The notes under the pieces: generated by a model
Told to the model about the DNA's origin: nothing
Database searches by the model: none
What the model saw: the letters and a program-made list of their open reading frames with translations, nothing else
Program-made: the position numbers and the translations under genes
Shown: one piece after another, positions 62,935 to 64,000 of the stretch
Layout: every line of letters starts with the position of its first letter
Numbering within the stretch: the stretch's first letter is position 1
Assembly: GCF_009914755.1 (NCBI RefSeq)
Contig: NC_060926.1
Length of the DNA: 64,000 nucleotides
Direction: 5' to 3' (one strand)
From: the human T2T-CHM13v2.0 reference genome, Homo sapiens

Positions 62935-64000
62935 GAAATGTAAAATCTCAGATCCTACCTCAGACCTATAGAATCAGAATTTGTATTTTAACAAGATTCC
63001 CAGGTGATCCTAGGCACCTTCAAAATTGAGAAGCATGGCTTTACTTGACTGGGCTCCCTGAGGACAGGGAGTGCCCTGTTCATCTCAAATCCTCAGCCTC
63101 TAGCACAGGGCCGGGTATATAGTAGGTTAAATCTGGATGAATCAATGTCATAACCAAAAGGCTAAAACAGGTTCAGAACCAGGGGAAACCATTGGAAAAT
63201 CTTCAGGGTGATCCGGGGTGTGGAAGGGAGGAACCAGGTCACAAGAAGGACCTCTTTCCTGGAGAGTCCTGTTTCAGCAAAACAGCCATTCCCTCCTGGC
63301 CATTCCACCTTCTTTGGAAGTGCACCCCTCTCCAGCTTACCCCTGCCTGCCTCCGCAACAGATATTAAGGACAACTGCTTTGTGCCAAAGCTCGAAAATC
63401 TGTGAATTTCCGTTCCTTTTGCCTTTACAGTCTCAAGAATGGGATGTGAAGATCAGGGTAATAATAATTACGGTTTATTGACACGTACTGAAGGCTATGT
63501 GTCAGATATTGTATTAAACACTGTACATCTCATTTAATCTTCAACTCCATGAGGTAGATAATTATTTCCATTTTACAGAGGAGGAGAGGAAAGGACAGAA
63601 ACATTAAGTAGCCTGTCCAAGGTCACACAACTACGTTAACGGAGCTGTCATTTGAACTAGTCAGTCTGGCCTCACAGTTAAGCTACTTAACCTTATGTAC
63701 TATTATACCTATTTTACAGCTACCAAAAGTAAGGATCCGAGAGGTTAAGTAACTTGCCCGAGGTTACACAGCTAGCATGCTATTAACACTCAATTTAGAA
63801 ACTGGAAGTCTGGTTCACAAGCCTGAGCTCTTAACCACTGAGACTAGGGGTAGTGGGATACAGGCCAGAGCCCAGAAGGTTGTACGGGATCAGGAGACCA
63901 GGCCACCAGACCCGCCCCTCACTGGATCCCCCTCCAGGCTGCAGTGTAGTTGGCCGCTTTCTGCCCCAGAGCGCCAGAGGTATGAAGCCTCCTACCTCCA

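Noticed and set aside
63860-64000. Rising GC content at the window end, probably approaching the GLB1L/STK16 promoter
   Set aside because: Truncated by the window edge; no exon or CDS can be defined.

Overview
Human genomic DNA that I recognise from the encoded proteins as the gene-dense chr2q35 block. It holds six complete multi-exon genes, each spliced by hand to an intact ORF: RETREG2/FAM134A (+, 543 aa), ZFAND2B/AIRAPL (+, 257 aa), ABCB6 (-, 842 aa), ATG9A (-, 839 aa), ANKZF1 (+, 726 aa) and GLB1L (-, 654 aa). There are five CpG-island promoters, an Alu-dense intergenic region with a solo LTR12C, and MST LTR, L1, L2, MIR and MER fragments. Main observations: (1) the haplotype carries ABCB6 c.826C>T p.Arg276Trp; (2) ATG9A has a U12-type AT-AC intron; (3) an ATG9A 5'UTR cassette exon creates a uORF ending in a TGATG stop/start overlap; (4) ANKZF1 has a frameshifted intronic copy of one of its own exons and a GC-AG intron; (5) the ANKZF1 and GLB1L poly(A) signals are interlocked; (6) ATG9A-ABCB6 read-through splicing is phase-compatible; (7) a TSD-less Alu may be a deletion junction; (8) CLEAR-type E-boxes recur in a cluster of autophagy/proteostasis genes. 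I cannot demonstrate a wholly new biological system. Most ORFs in the supplied track are Alu-derived or antisense artefacts. Repeat boundaries and subfamilies are by eye and approximate, and comparisons to reference sequences are from memory.
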